Below are positions 1-12,847 of a stretch of DNA of 64,000 bases, in pieces (position 1 is the first letter of the stretch; the number at the start of each line of letters is the position of its first letter). The DNA comes from Curvularia clavata (lineage: Eukaryota). The DNA is taken from positions 372,001-436,000 of the forward strand of contig CP089279.1 in the NCBI GenBank assembly GCA_023920165.1, given 5' to 3'. Below the pieces are notes generated by a model. The model saw only the letters and a list, made by a program, of their open reading frames with translations. It searched no databases and was not told the DNA's origin. A program made the translations under genes and the position numbers.

Positions 1-1029
1 ATTACGATCTTTGAATATGTCGGTTCACAATCTTTTCGCTCCGAATTGACCCGCCTCATGGTCTGTAAGCAGTGGTATGCGTTTGCTCGTACCGCATACT
101 TCCATGACCTCCGGATTACTACAAAGATACTACGACGGTTACTGGCTTCTCCATATGCGGAAACGAACCTGGCTCGAATTCAAAAGAACGCGGTCAGAAT
201 GGAGTTGGAATTTCAAGGATTTGAAGACTGGGACTCGTTTCACGCCTCTAGTTATGATTTACCTGAGGTCAGCTGGCATGTCACTTACGGTCGCGTAGAG
301 CGGTTAGCCTGGACACCTGAATTCAACAATGATCTGCTCCGTCTTGCTAAAACGGTCAAAAAGTCACAAAAGCTGCGCTGCCTGCGTATACAAGCCATCA
401 CCGAACTGCACGAAAACACACTGCTTGAAGAACGCCGCCACTACCTTTTCACATGGGCAATACGCCCATTCCTGTCAAAAAATGCCCTGACTACTTTAGA
501 CCTGGATCTAGTCGGTACTGAGCTTGTGCAAGGCGGGAAAGATGGCCAAGAATTCCATGCGTGCGTGAGTATAGCCGCGCTTCTTACAACACTACTACGT
601 TTGAGACTACGCATGCGCCGTATCTGCGCCAATGTTTTGAATACTGGAGGACCTGACAAGAAGCTTCGTTTGAACGAGGTAATTATCAACCTCAGTCTCG
701 CCAACGAGTCACCTCTAGTGAGCAGCTTCTCGCATGCTAAGTGCTGTAATACTTCTTCATCTGGGCTCCCTCAATTGCAACATGCCTTAGAAGAGCAGGC
801 GGGAGTTCTTGTGACACAGATGGAGAACCCTATGATGGTGAGAATACTGCGCCAGGAAGGACGTATGGGTCGAAAAATGCAGGCATTCGATGTCTTGACT
901 GGAAAGACAATTGTTTTCGAGGATGGTACGGAGTGGGATGGTGAGGGCAAAATCATCGAAGAAAAGGTGTCAGATGGAGAGTCGGGGGAGTCAGAGATTT
1001 CAGAACTTTCCTCGGATAGCGATGTATAG
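1..1029 (+). CDS. Hypothetical F-box-like protein, 5' end outside the window
   Basis: Frame is open from base 1 (ITIFEYVGSQSFRSELTRLMVCKQWY), resembling the second half of an F-box motif (IFxY...L..VCK.W). Followed by Leu-rich, LRR-like segments and an acidic tail; stop at 1027-1029. Confidence 0.6.
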   Translation: MTIFEYVGSQSFRSELTRLMVCKQWYAFARTAYFHDLRITTKILRRLLASPYAETNLARIQKNAVRMELEFQGFEDWDSFHASSYDLPEVSWHVTYGRVERLAWTPEFNNDLLRLAKTVKKSQKLRCLRIQAITELHENTLLEERRHYLFTWAIRPFLSKNALTTLDLDLVGTELVQGGKDGQEFHACVSIAALLTTLLRLRLRMRRICANVLNTGGPDKKLRLNEVIINLSLANESPLVSSFSHAKCCNTSSSGLPQLQHALEEQAGVLVTQMENPMMVRILRQEGRMGRKMQAFDVLTGKTIVFEDGTEWDGEGKIIEEKVSDGESGESEISELSSDSDV

Positions 1030-2887
1030 GCACTAGTGGACCTGAGGGGTTCAATTCTCTCTTGAAGACCGGGCTCAACAAATCAGTATGCAGATTACCT
1101 CGGAATTAGCCAAGTAAGCTACCAGAAAGGTTAATATAAACGCTGCTCACCTATCAAGAGCACGTGAGACGTATTCAGCCAACCAATGATTTCATGTGAA
1201 GATGTTCCGAGCTTACTCTAGTTTCGAGTTTCAACTTTACCCAGAGGTTCAAAATAACTTGATGTCTTTTATTTCCTTGACAACTGGTCTTTGATGTTGT
1301 AACCCGTTTCCGACTAAAATCTGAGCCAGAAAGCATAAGCTCATCAGCAAGTCTGGTTATTTATGGTTAGTACCTGCAGCTTAGATACCGGTAATCTTGC
1401 GCTAGCAGAATGAAAGTATACGCGCGGGGTCATCCATGACTACGGTAACACTTCTGCGGCCCCCAACAAATGCGCTGAAAACACACTGTGGTTCATCCAG
1501 GTTCAATATCCACTCTTTCGGTTGCCCAGTAGCTTGATGATTGATATGCGTGAAGGCAAATGCAGCAACCCGAGTAGAGCGGTCAACACGTGGTCTAATG
1601 TCGATCTTGACACTCAACAGACCATGCATCAACTCAACAAGACACTGGCGGTGGGATGCACGGCTAAAGACTATACAAGATAAGAGTGCCGGTTGCCATA
1701 AGGTACATTGTATCTCGGCCACTCCAGCTTTCACAGAACCTTGGTTTGGCGAGGCACTCTTTTGACCAACGTTATCGGCCAACCCTCCATCTCAACATCC
1801 ATCTCCACGTGGGTTCTCTTTGCGTATTTCTTCTTTCAAAAGTCACCCAGTGTTCATCAGAAAAAGTGACTTTGTTGCCAGAAAAAAAGCTAGTGCTTTG
1901 CGACACGGGACATGACATCCAATCGCAAGTTGCTCATTTATCGCAGTGCCTATCAACGCGCCCTTATTTGAGATGCTAACTTCTTGCATGGAAAATGACG
2001 CTGGGATGAATAGCTATATAAGGCTTTGCTGAGTCAGGGCGTCGTTGTAAGAGTTTCCTCATGTGCGGCTGACGCTAGCGGATTTCTGTCAGCGCGCGTC
2101 CCCGCAATGCCGACGTGCTTTCCCCGACGCTGATCTCTAGCACAAACGTGGGTCTCCACTCTGAAGACCGGGGAAAGATTCAAGCTTCTGATCTGTTGGA
2201 GCACTAGGCTCGCAACGTGGTCCAGTCTGACTTCTTGTTGTACAGGCGAGTACTCTGTAACCCGCCATTCACAAGCTGCGGAAGTCCGTCCCAAAGAGGC
2301 AAACGCGATAGCGCTGACACTTTGTGGAAGTCAACGGTTTGAAGTCGCTGCTATGTGCCGTGGATCTGAATGAGAAGGTTTCTTCATGCTATTCATATGC
2401 TTGCTGATACTTACTTTGCCTCAAGGTCAGCGTTGTCCAGGTCCAGGCCATCAGCCGTGTGCAACTTCTTGACAACAAGGCATTGGTGTAACAAGTCGTC
2501 TTGCACTGCTTCCTATGCAGGCAATGTCGATTTCGTAAACATCCACTGCAGATCTCTCGAATCTTTCGTCAACCATTGCTAAGTTTGGGAATGGGCTACG
2601 GAAATGCGAACAAGTTGCATGGCCGTAGTCTGTGCGTGGTAACTTGAGCTGATATAGTGTCACAGCAATAACCAACCAATCGAAACAACCAAGTTGATGA
2701 CCCAAAACATTTACTGCAGATCGCGGTACAGGCATATCCCGGCTTTCATGAATTTTCCGACGTGGAAAGCAATATCGATGACTATCGGCTCCCTTGGCGT
2801 GCCCTTGCTGTTGTGCTCTGCGACTATATATTAGGGTTATGGACACTCGATCGACGGCAGAGAATTTAACGGTCTCAATCCCCATCG

Positions 2888-4606
2888 ATGGCTGAAGAAA
2901 CGAAAATGGCAGCCAGCCTTGACAGCGTCGATCTCGTCCCTGGCACCGAGATCATCAACGATGATTCAGCCAAACAGCAGCTTATCCCGAGGCCTTCTTC
3001 GGATCCGCAAGATCCTCTCAACTGGAGCCGTAAATGGAAATGTATGTTCATGACATGATGAATGATAAGAATACTACTAAGATACGACAGTGATGGTGAT
3101 GGCCTCGCAATGGCTCTTCACATGGATTTCCGTGACTGGAGCCTTGTCCATAGCACCCATGTTCCCACTGCTTGGCGCACAGTTCCATTTGAACAACAAC
3201 CAGTTAGCCATGTTGACTGGTATCACTGTCATTACACTCGGTTTCGCAAACTTCATCATCGTGCCTCTCTCCAACATCTTCGGACGCCGCGCTGTCAGTC
3301 TGGTGTTCTCAGTGTTCATCCTGTTGACATGCATATGGCAGGCGTTGGCGACGAGCCATAGCAGTCTGCTCGCAGCGAGGGCTGTGAATGGTTTGGTATG
3401 TGCAACCAGCGAGAGTATTCCGGTTCAGATGATTGCCGATGTCTTTTTCCTTCACGAACGAGGTCTTTGGACCGGTGTCTACTTGTGAGTAGCAAATTCG
3501 TCACTTATCCTGTGGTTACGTTCTAACAACATCTTAGCACTGGATACTTCATGGGAGCCTTCCTCGGCCCCATAATGGCGGGAGCTATCGGGGGCCATTA
3601 TGGGTGGCAATCCTTCTTCTGGCTCGAAACTGCGCTCTCCGGCGTCTCGATCATCCTTATTGCGATCACATTCCCGGAAACAAAGTACCGTCGTGGCAGC
3701 ACTGCGGTCACAGGCAAGACCGAGAGCCGAAGCTCAAATGATGGCGCACAAGGCGACAACGGAGAGCAGCTCGAGAAGCAGCCTACCGTTACCGCATCCA
3801 ACGACCCGAATCAGACTTCCACCACGATGAACGGTCGCCCGTCTCGCGCACAATTCATGCCGTTCCGGAAGCCCGACCCTCAGTGGAAAATGTTCGTCAT
3901 CCGCGACACATGGACGCCCGTTAAGGTTTTCTTCAATCCCATCATCCTGTGGGCAGGACTGATGCTGGCTGGTCCGGCTGATTTACTTCTCTTTTTCAAC
4001 ATTACCGAATCTCCAGTCCTTGCTGCACCACCTTACCTTTTCAAGCCTGAACAAGTGGGTTACACGAATTTTGCTTTCGCCATCGGCGCCTTGATTGGTC
4101 TTGCAACAGCGGGTCCTTATTCCGATTGGGTCGCTGCTCGTGCGGCACGCAAGAACGGTGGCGTGCGTGAAGCAGAGATGCGGCTGCCTGCTCTGTGGTT
4201 CTACATGATCATCACTATGCTCTCATTGATACTTGGAGGTCTTGCATACCAACGTCAATGGGCATGGGGTCATATCGTCGTCTGGGGTTACGGCTTCGCC
4301 GGACTCAGCGTCACTACTGTTCCGACCATTTCCATCGCCTACGCGATTGACTGCTACAAACCTATTTCTGGAGAAATCATGGTGGTCGCAACGGTGTGCA
4401 AGAACTTCATCGCCTTCTCCTACAGTTACTGGGTTTTCGATCTTGCGCATCAGAGTAAGGACGGATGGATTGCACCAGCCATGGTCATTTTTGCCTGCAC
4501 TGTTGGCCCAGCTCTTTTCGCATTCCCATTGTATTATGGCTTGGGCAAGAGAATTAGAAGATGGACAAAGGACAGTGATGTGCATCGTATGGAGGAGGAA
4601 ATCTAA
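2888..4606 (+). CDS. MFS transporter (DHA1/HOL1-like), 3 exons
   Basis: ATG 2888 (MAEETK...LIPRPSSDPQDPLNWSRKWK). GT-AG introns at 3042-3090 and 3485-3537. Motifs PLSNIFGRR, IADVFFLHERG, FPETKYRR, EAEMRLP; many hydrophobic helices. Confidence 0.9.
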
Positions 4607-4951
4607 GTACGATCACTGGAAACATTTGCTCGAAGAGCGCATCGAGGAATGTAAGGGTGGTTTGAATAGTATGCAATGTTGGCGAGATTTTAATTCTAGA
4701 GGACGACATAGCTAGTGCTGGAAGTGGTGACGGTAATGCTGGATGAGGAATAGGCTTGTGTGTAGCAGCGGTAATCAATGCAGATGTAGACGTAGTCCTG
4801 GTCCCCCTAACCCATGTGATCACGCTAACCTTTGACGTCATGCTGGATTTTCGTCGCTGTGGATCGCGCCCACCGTTAATTCACGTGCACCACCACCTTG
4901 TCACAACCCTAGTACGTTCAGACCAACAAACAAATCCTCCCTTAATCCGCA

Positions 4952-5849
4952 ATGTCCATCGCTTCCCTCCAAGAAAAGGTCGCCATAATTACCGGCTGCA
5001 GCTCCGGTATCGGCTTTGCAACAACACGTCTCTTCTTGGAACGCGGAGCTTCAGTCTTTGGTATCGACATTGGTGATCAGCCTCAAAAGCTCGCCGAAGA
5101 CTTCTCGACTTTTACCTTCTATCAAACCGATCTTACTGATTCACAGGCCGTTGAGCATGCTGTGGCAAAATGCATTGGAAAGCATAATCGCATTGATGTT
5201 CTCGTCAACTGTGCTGGCGTAAGCGACGGGTGGAGTAGTGCCGATACTATTCACGAGGATGAATGGGAGAGAGTCATGGCCATCAACCTAAACGTTCCGA
5301 TTCGCATGATGAAGGCGGTACTTCCTGCTATGAAGGCTCAGAAGAAGGGCGCCATTGTCAATGTGGCCAGCAAGGCCGGGATGTCGGGAGCCAGCGCAGG
5401 CATTGCTTACACTGCCAGCAAACATGGTTTAGTATGCTAGCCCTTCATCGAGCTGAAGCAATTACACATACACCCAAGGCTAATACAACGACAGGTTGGT
5501 GCCACTAAAAACGTAGCATGGCGATTTCACAAAGAAGGAATCCGCTGCAATGGCGTGCTGCCCGGATCGGTTCCTACAAACATTGCAAACTCGGTGCAGA
5601 TGGAACATTTTGATTCAGCTGGCTTCAATTCATTCTTGTAAGTGCCATCTCTGCTCACTTTTAACTATTCCTACTTACCTTGATAGTCCTATCGTCGAGC
5701 TCCATGTATCCAAAGATAGCGAAGGAACACCAGTTCCATATATAGGTGTCGACCATGTCGCCCGCGGCATCGCTTTTCTTGCTTCAGACGAGTCTCAGAT
5801 GATCAATGGGGCTATGGTTCCTATTGATAATGCCTGGTCTACTATATAA
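4952..5849 (+). CDS. Classical short-chain dehydrogenase/reductase, 3 exons
   Basis: TGCSSGIG NAD(P)-binding motif, NCAG, catalytic YTASK, GIRCNGVLPG. Introns at ~5432-5494 and ~5638-5686. Ends IDNAWSTI*. Confidence 0.9.
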
Positions 5850-5948
5850 CTTATACATGTTAATGAAAGACTCAGAAGCAGAAGCTGCAACTCCTTGCCT
5901 AGAATGGAGAACAAATCGAAGCAAATACTTCTCATCATGTACGACCAT

Positions 5949-7195
5949 TCAAATCTTTCTCAACTCCGGTAAATTTATACCTGCCTCATCTTTTTCTCCA
6001 GCATCCGTCTTTACCCAGATATTACTACGCTTGTTTACTACCAAGGCTGCACTCTGCTGAGGACTGATTTGGACATAACTCAATTGAAAACCTACAATCA
6101 CTGCGGACGGGTGATTCCACGTGGTTGTATGAGTCGCATTATTTGTGTTAAGGGTGAGAGTCGATTCAAGACTAAGGAGAAATGGCTTGAGAAAGGGAAT
6201 CGTTGAGGTCATGATGCTAGTGACTTGGACGACCTGACCACACACGACAACTCGCCAGATGGAGTTGAGAAGATCTGGGGAAGGCGGAAGAGAGCGGATG
6301 TAGCTGATCTGAACGCAAGACGCTACTACGACGCTTCAAATATATCTTTTAGCAGTCGTCTCATGATATGATCGCATGCGGACATATGCACATACATTAT
6401 TCGACACCAGAAAGCTATTAAGAGGTGCACCCGCTTTTCAGATCTTATCTGAAGTGGCATGATCATTAATGTAGGCACGATAGTGAGCGCAAGATCAGTG
6501 GCGATGTTCATAATGGCGTTGTAGGTTCGGATAGCGCGCTAAACTCGATTAGTATCAAGATATTAGTGAAATTCATTAAAATTCAACTTACAATGTCCAT
6601 GCACTGGGGGTTTGAAATATTCCATCTCTGCGGTGAGGGGCACTGAAACCCAATGAGAAGTACAGCGCTGAGTCCCCACATCAGAGTGACTATGCACGTT
6701 GTATACACCATCGCCCGATGCTCCACTACAGGAGTCAATACCATGAAAGGAACCAGCAATGAACTTTTAGCAGCAACGAGTGTGAGTATGGAAAGAATCT
6801 CTCCGCTATACAACGCCTATCGGGGTTAAAGTCTTATTTCATGGATCGAATGGCAGCCTTACTTTCCAAGCCTGCATAACTGTTTGCTCGGGCAAACCAA
6901 CCTGGGAGTTTCCAATAGCTTGACCAGCAGGACAGAGCAGAGTTACAGCTTGACCTCCAGCCAAAATCTGCAAAGGTACTGTCAAATTCGTTCACATACC
7001 AGTTTCCCAGTAGTTGCTCACCAAGGCAGCAAAAAGTATAAAATCAGCCCTAGTCAATGACCGAGACATGGCCGTCTTGGTTGCGAAATGCGCGATAATT
7101 GATAAGGTCGAGAATGCGAGGAACAGCCATGCAAGTATCTGAATTAAAGGTGCGGCATGACCTTCGTGAAATGGAGGACGTTTTTTAGCGTCCAT
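5949..7195 (-). CDS. PTH11-like integral membrane protein (fungal rhodopsin-domain type, no CFEM), ~5 exons
   Basis: ATG 7195 (MDAKKRPPF...). Spliced ORF pieces give successive TM helices with AAKSSLL, FQCPSPQRW, NIATDLAL..P, IMTSTIPFLKPFL, typical of PTH11-related proteins. GTGAGC/GTAAGT donors lie between the pieces. Confidence 0.8.
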
Positions 7196-8285
7196 AATGA
7201 GAACAAGATGATGTAAAAGTCTAATAGCCCTAGGCGCATACTTCAATGAAGTGCTTCACAGAATGTGGGTTAACATAAGGACAAATCCTCCCTGTATCCA
7301 TGAACCCCTATCAAGATTATGATTAGAGATATGTTGTACTTTGTTAATAGCATGTTTCAACTGGCTGTTGATGCTCCCGAAGACATTCTCGTAAACAGGC
7401 ATCTCACTCCACGGGTTCGTGGCACAGTCAGAGCATGGAACACTGCTCTATGTATGCAGGGATTGCATGTTGGAATAGCAATCTCTATCTCGAGTCGACG
7501 CCGCAATCCTACAGGCTGGGCTCCACTTAACATATCGATTTCGTAGTTTTATGCAACGCGAAATTTCGCTTAAAAACCACTCAGTCTCGCTTGTAGGGAC
7601 GTGCTATGAAGCTGCGGAAACTCCACCAATAAAACCAAAAAAAGGAGAGGTGTGAATACGCTATTCAAGATGCGGTATCGAGTGGCAATTGAAGGATTTG
7701 GTGTCACCTAGAAACTCCCTACTCCCCGTGTGGCACGGCGGGTAATCAGAAACTCGAGCGGGAACCCTTCAACGTTGGTAATTGCGGCGTCACGTCGACG
7801 CGACAGATTTGGATGCAACCGCCCCTGTACTTGAGTTTCGCATGCTGCAAGACGTTACCCATTTGGGGAACAATCGCCATACCGCGGAGTGGTTGAGCTG
7901 CACAAGAAACTTCCACATGATCTTGAGCATGAGCAAAAGATATACCCAGTCCCCTCTTTGAAGTGGCGCTATGCCGAATACCGCAGTTGCGAACGGGTTT
8001 AAGGGTATGCAGGGAGGTTTTTTGTCGGCAGGATTCATATAGCGCCTTTCCGAGAGAATGGGCCCTGTGCGATAGGTTTGTATACTGCATACATTACAAA
8101 AATCAGCTTCCACGGACGCGCCCAGCGGGTATTCGAGCAACCTGGAACGATCTCGCCTAAACAGCGCCGGGAGATGGGTGCATCCGTAGCACCACCTCGT
8201 CTGAGTTTATAAGTATCCATCCTTGTCTGAACATCAGAGAGCCTCTCCGAACTCTAATTTTTGTTTTCCTCACTAAGGCACAGCC

Positions 8286-10193
8286 ATGGAACTCATGAAC
8301 GAAACAAAGCCAGGAGCAGCGGCCAGCTCCGCCGTTGAACTTTATAATCAAGATGAGAGAGATCTCATGCGGCTCGGCAAGGTACCGAAACTGAAGCGCA
8401 ATTTCGGTTTTATGCAGATTCTTGGGTTCTCATGTACGGTTTTGGTGACTTGGGAGGGTTTTCTCCAGTGAGTTGGCCCTGTCTCCCAAACCAGGTATGT
8501 AAAATCGTACTTTGCTTACTATGTACTAGAGTTTCTACTCCAAGTCTACTGAATGGCGGCCCTGCAGGTGTATTCTGGGGCTATATTCTCATATGGATCG
8601 GCTCTATTTCAATTTACACAGTTCTATCCGAATTATCGTCCATGGCACCTACGGCAGGTGGGCAGTATCAGTATGGGTTTTTTTGGCATTGGGCGGAAAT
8701 CATTTGCTAACAATTGTTCAGCTGGGTCGCTATGTTGGCCCCAAGGTGGTACAGCAAGTTCCTAAGCTTCATCACAGGATGGGTGACGTTAATCGGTTGG
8801 CAAGCAACTACTGCTTCTTCGGCATATTTAGGTGGGACTATTCTGCAAAGCACCATCTTATTAGTAAAACCCGATTACTCCCCTAAGCCGTACCAAGCTA
8901 TGCTCATCGGATGGGCTTTACTTGCCTTCGCAGTCATCATCAATACAGTGGGCAGCAAGACACTAGCCCATTTCGAAGGCTTGATCTTGATCCTGCACAT
9001 ATTGGGTTTCTTCGCTGTTTTGATACCTTTGGTGTATCTCTCCGACCATGGCGACACTTCCATTTTCACCACTTTTGTTAACTCTGGCGGCTGGTAATTA
9101 TCCCACATCCACAAATAGTCGTTGAGAAATAAGCTGACGCTGCACCTTGATGCAAAAAGGTCGACTCAGGGTTTGTCCTTCATGGTTGGGCTACCTTCTT
9201 CTGTCTTTGCCCTTATTGGTTAGTCGTCAACTGATGAGCGTGTTGGAAGTTACTAACCTGCTTAGGTGTCGATTCATGTGTTCACGTAAGCATCTGCAAT
9301 CAACAAGAGTCCAAACCGCATGCTAATCATCATACAGATGGCTGAAGAAGTCAAGAATGCGACTAAAGTTGTACCACGAGCAATACAGATCAGTGTATTG
9401 CTGAACGGTACTTTGGGATTCGCAATGCTCATCGCGTATCTTTTTTGTCTCGGAGATCTGAATGACGTCGTAGAATCTTCCGCAACACTCGGTTATGCCT
9501 ACCTCTATGTATTCTTGAAAGGTACAGGATCGCCTGCTGGCGCAGCAACAATGGCCATGATCATGTGGGTCCTTGGTGTTTGCTGTCTAGTTGGCCTCAT
9601 GGCCGCAACCTCTCGACAACTGTGGTCTTTTGCTAGAGATAACGCAGTACCATTCTCAAAGCAAGTAACGAAGGTATATTGTATCAAATCATTCGGGTTT
9701 CTCAAACTAATGTCGGTCAAAGCTACATCCGCGAACCCGAATCCCTGTTAACACGATTATAATTACGACTGTAATCTCCATGATTTTGTCGACTATCGCC
9801 CTCGGATCGTACGTGGCTTTCAGCAACATTGTCAACCTTAGCATTGGTGGTCTTTATGCCTCATATTTCATTATCTGCTCCTTACTGCTTTGGCGACGAC
9901 TCCAAGGCATCAATCCATACAACGAAAACGCTATAATGGTCGGTCCAGAAACCCTGCAGTGGGGACCTTGGAAGGTACCTGGGGCATTGGGCGTTGCAAA
10001 TAATTTGTTCGCTTGCGCTTACCTATTTGTTCTATGGTTTTTCTCATTCTGGCCTGCCTCAGTCGAGGTTACTCCACAATCTATGAACTTCAGCTCAGTC
10101 ACATTTGGCGGCACGGTATTGTTTGCTATATTATGGTATTTGATGAGGGGTAGGAAGGTCTACACTGGACCAACAATTGAGGTAGACATATAA
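8286..10193 (+). CDS. Amino acid/polyamine/organocation permease (GABA/choline permease-like), multi-exon
   Basis: LKRNFGFMQILGFSCT, NGGPAG, ELSSMAPTAGGQY, HMAEEVKNA, SRQLWSFARD, WGPWKVPG, YTGP. Several short GT-AG introns, including a ~21-nt micro-exon near 9266-9286. Confidence 0.9.
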
Positions 10194-10413
10194 CAAGATA
10201 AGTACTGGATAGAACTTTGCACTAGAATGAGATAGATTGAAGTAAGACCGATATTCCAGAACTACCTTGGAAGCTATGCAAGAATGTCCCATTGAATATG
10301 TCAATACTCATTCCATGTGCCATCTCAGTGTCTGTTTCACTTTTTTGCAATCTTTTATACTGTTCCCACGGTATGCTAGTGATTTGTTTGGAACAAGATG
10401 AATTTTGCATTAG

Positions 10414-11973
10414 CTACGTAGCTTGATTGGTTATAAGCTTCTGCAATGAATGTCGTGCCTGTATCACCCTTGCCTTCAGCCTCAAACCCTCTATAGCGGT
10501 ACTCTTAGCTGCATTCGAGAAAATTCCCGAAATGGTTGTGTACTTCGATCGATATCGATGAGCATGGGTGGCCCAAGTGAAATGTGTTCGGGTGAACGCT
10601 ACAAGCGATTGGGCGTATATATGCACTGCAGTTGAGTGATATGCGGCCTGAATGTCTGCCCAATTTATTATCAAGTTTTGCATCTCCTTGTTATGCATCA
10701 AAACGGCTGTAGCCCGTGCCTTGTTAATTGCCTGCTGATTCTTGGTGGCCTGGTTTCGTTGCTTGAGCAGTAGTACTGCCAGGTTCAGGTATTCGCCATT
10801 TTCCATATCCCTGCTGAGACCCACAATGTCGTTCTGTAGCCCAGCAATACGCTGTATACTCTCACATAATTTCTTGTGCAGAAGTGAGGTCCAGAAGCTT
10901 GAGCTGTCGTTGCTGTGACCAGTGGTGCTCCTGTGTCCGCGTAAATCTTTCGTATCGTTGTTGCTCCCAAGCTCAAGCGCCTTGATTTTCTCATTTTCGA
11001 TATCAACCAATGTTGTTTCCAGGATGACGAAGAAAGGTGATAGTCCAATTGTCCTCATCCGCAGCTGCATATAATCTTCGATGCTTAACATTTCCATGCT
11101 CTCCTGAGAATCAGGTTCCTTTTTCAGTGCTTCTAGGCAGTTAATGACCTCAGCAAAGACCTTTGAAATAGTCTGAGAGGACAGAACCATTTTACATTGC
11201 CGTATGAAGTTAAATGCCAGTGCAAATACTCTTTCATGACCGCTTTCCGTGATATTGTTGACAATCGTCCTTCCTTGTCGAGTGATATTAGAACATACTG
11301 CTGAGTGGGTACTGTCGGCCGTCCTTTCGAGCGTCGTGAGTGGGACCTTGTGATGTAAACCTATGTTCAGTCTCTTGAAGATATCCACGGCACCCCTCGC
11401 CGGCGTAATATGTTCTGTTAAATTAACTTTGTCCAAGTCGGTAGCCTTCAGTGCTTCAATGATCCGTTCGAGTACCAAAGCTCTCCCTAGACTCTCCATC
11501 CGTTCGATCTCGTCATCGATGTTACAAAGGAAGTGGAACCAAGCAGTCATAGCTAACAGAGTATCTTCAACTTCTTTGATCGCAGGGGCTGCTTTTCGCA
11601 GCGCGACAACTTCGATCGTGGCCTTCTTCCATGTCCATTCAGGGTTCAATAGGGACGCCGGAGATTGAAATGCACGGTAATGGCGATATATCAGTACAGC
11701 CAGATCCGTCTGCTCTGCATTTGATACAAGCCAGGTATTCTCTAATGTTGGTAGCTCAGAAAGAACGAGAAGGCCATGGTCTTCCTCAACTAAGAGGTTC
11801 TCAGGCAAGGTGCTATTTGCCGAATCTATCTTGGGCATGCTTCCAACTTTGGAGACATGTGTCGATTTATCGCGTAGGTTTTTGTGAGGAAGAAATGAAA
11901 TGCTCTCTTCAGGTCCTATATCTTCCTTGGTTCCTCGAAGATTCGGTTTTGACCTTGATCTGATTAGTGGCAT
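10414..11973 (-). CDS. Class I terpene synthase/cyclase-like protein, intronless, ~519 aa
   Basis: First ATG at 11973. Asp-rich DDEIE (11503-11517), effector-triad-like RMRTIG, NSE/DTE-like NDIVGLSRD (10807-10833) and WATHAHRY (RY at 10552-10557), in the canonical order. Confidence 0.8.
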   Translation of the reverse strand: MPLIRSRSKPNLRGTKEDIGPEESISFLPHKNLRDKSTHVSKVGSMPKIDSANSTLPENLLVEEDHGLLVLSELPTLENTWLVSNAEQTDLAVLIYRHYRAFQSPASLLNPEWTWKKATIEVVALRKAAPAIKEVEDTLLAMTAWFHFLCNIDDEIERMESLGRALVLERIIEALKATDLDKVNLTEHITPARGAVDIFKRLNIGLHHKVPLTTLERTADSTHSAVCSNITRQGRTIVNNITESGHERVFALAFNFIRQCKMVLSSQTISKVFAEVINCLEALKKEPDSQESMEMLSIEDYMQLRMRTIGLSPFFVILETTLVDIENEKIKALELGSNNDTKDLRGHRSTTGHSNDSSSFWTSLLHKKLCESIQRIAGLQNDIVGLSRDMENGEYLNLAVLLLKQRNQATKNQQAINKARATAVLMHNKEMQNLIINWADIQAAYHSTAVHIYAQSLVAFTRTHFTWATHAHRYRSKYTTISGIFSNAAKSTAIEGLRLKARVIQARHSLQKLITNQAT

Positions 11974-12336
11974 GGTGTTGTGACATCTATCGACAGGAAA
12001 CAATCTTGCATCTGCGCAATTGGCTACTAGAAATACTGAAATATTAAGCTTGCGCGACAAATGGCTATCATCAAATATCTGTTAGTATTAGTGTGTGAGG
12101 AAAGAATATTTGGAAAGCATTATTTTATTCAATCAGGGGACTGGGATGGACTACATGTTTTCGTGTCCGTGGCAACATGACCTCAACACTCAACACATTC
12201 AACATTTACTAGACTAGTGCTGATATTGAGGAAAAACTAAGGCAGAGATACGCAAATCAGCTTACTAATCATAAGCTGACTGTGGGGGCCACGTGTGGCT
12301 TTGCTTATTTTATCATACTAAAACCTAGAATTCGCG

Positions 12337-12621
12337 ATGACATCCTTCTCAATTGACATGTTTCTCGTAGGTCTCTTGGCTCTACCAAATAATGTGGTGG
12401 TTCTCCTGCTCCTTAAGTCACAGGACCCATCTTCCTACTTCGTAATGGTATGGACTGGCATTGCCATGGCTGCACTGCTGGCTGGTGCACTCCAGCTGCC
12501 CGAAGCTGGCATGTACTTCAAAAACATAAGCTGTTGCTGGAGCCGCCGACGGAAAATATTGCACGGAGAAATCTTTTGGGGAGTTGTTGCATCAGGGAAC
12601 TATAATAACGATGAAGGGTAA
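12337..12621 (+). CDS. Possible small membrane protein (94 aa) or gene remnant
   Basis: ATG-started ORF with two hydrophobic segments, divergent from the terpene cyclase; no recognised family. Confidence 0.25.
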   Translation: MTSFSIDMFLVGLLALPNNVVVLLLLKSQDPSSYFVMVWTGIAMAALLAGALQLPEAGMYFKNISCCWSRRRKILHGEIFWGVVASGNYNNDEG

Positions 12622-12847
12622 AGCTGAATGGCAGCAAATAAATATTTCTTCCTCGAGTGAAATGTCATTAACTCTGGCCTACATGCACGATACCAAGCAA
12701 ACACTGCATCGCGAGTTCACAATTCATGCGCAATGATAAGGTGAGGGAGATTAGAAACCGAAGCATGTCTGGCTGAAGTCTTAGCTGTCGATGCAGAAGT
12801 GCATGGATTACTCTTTCCTTTCCAATTACTAGTCTCAAGTGCCTTCC

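Noticed and set aside
1100..2880. Short ORFs and splice-like signals (for example a minus-strand GTAAGT near 2414) suggesting a decayed gene
   Set aside because: I could not assemble a coherent reading frame or recognise a family; a translated homology search is needed.
11974..12060. TTG-started N-terminal extension of the terpene cyclase in the ORF track
   Set aside because: Eukaryotic context; the first ATG at 11973 is the more plausible start.
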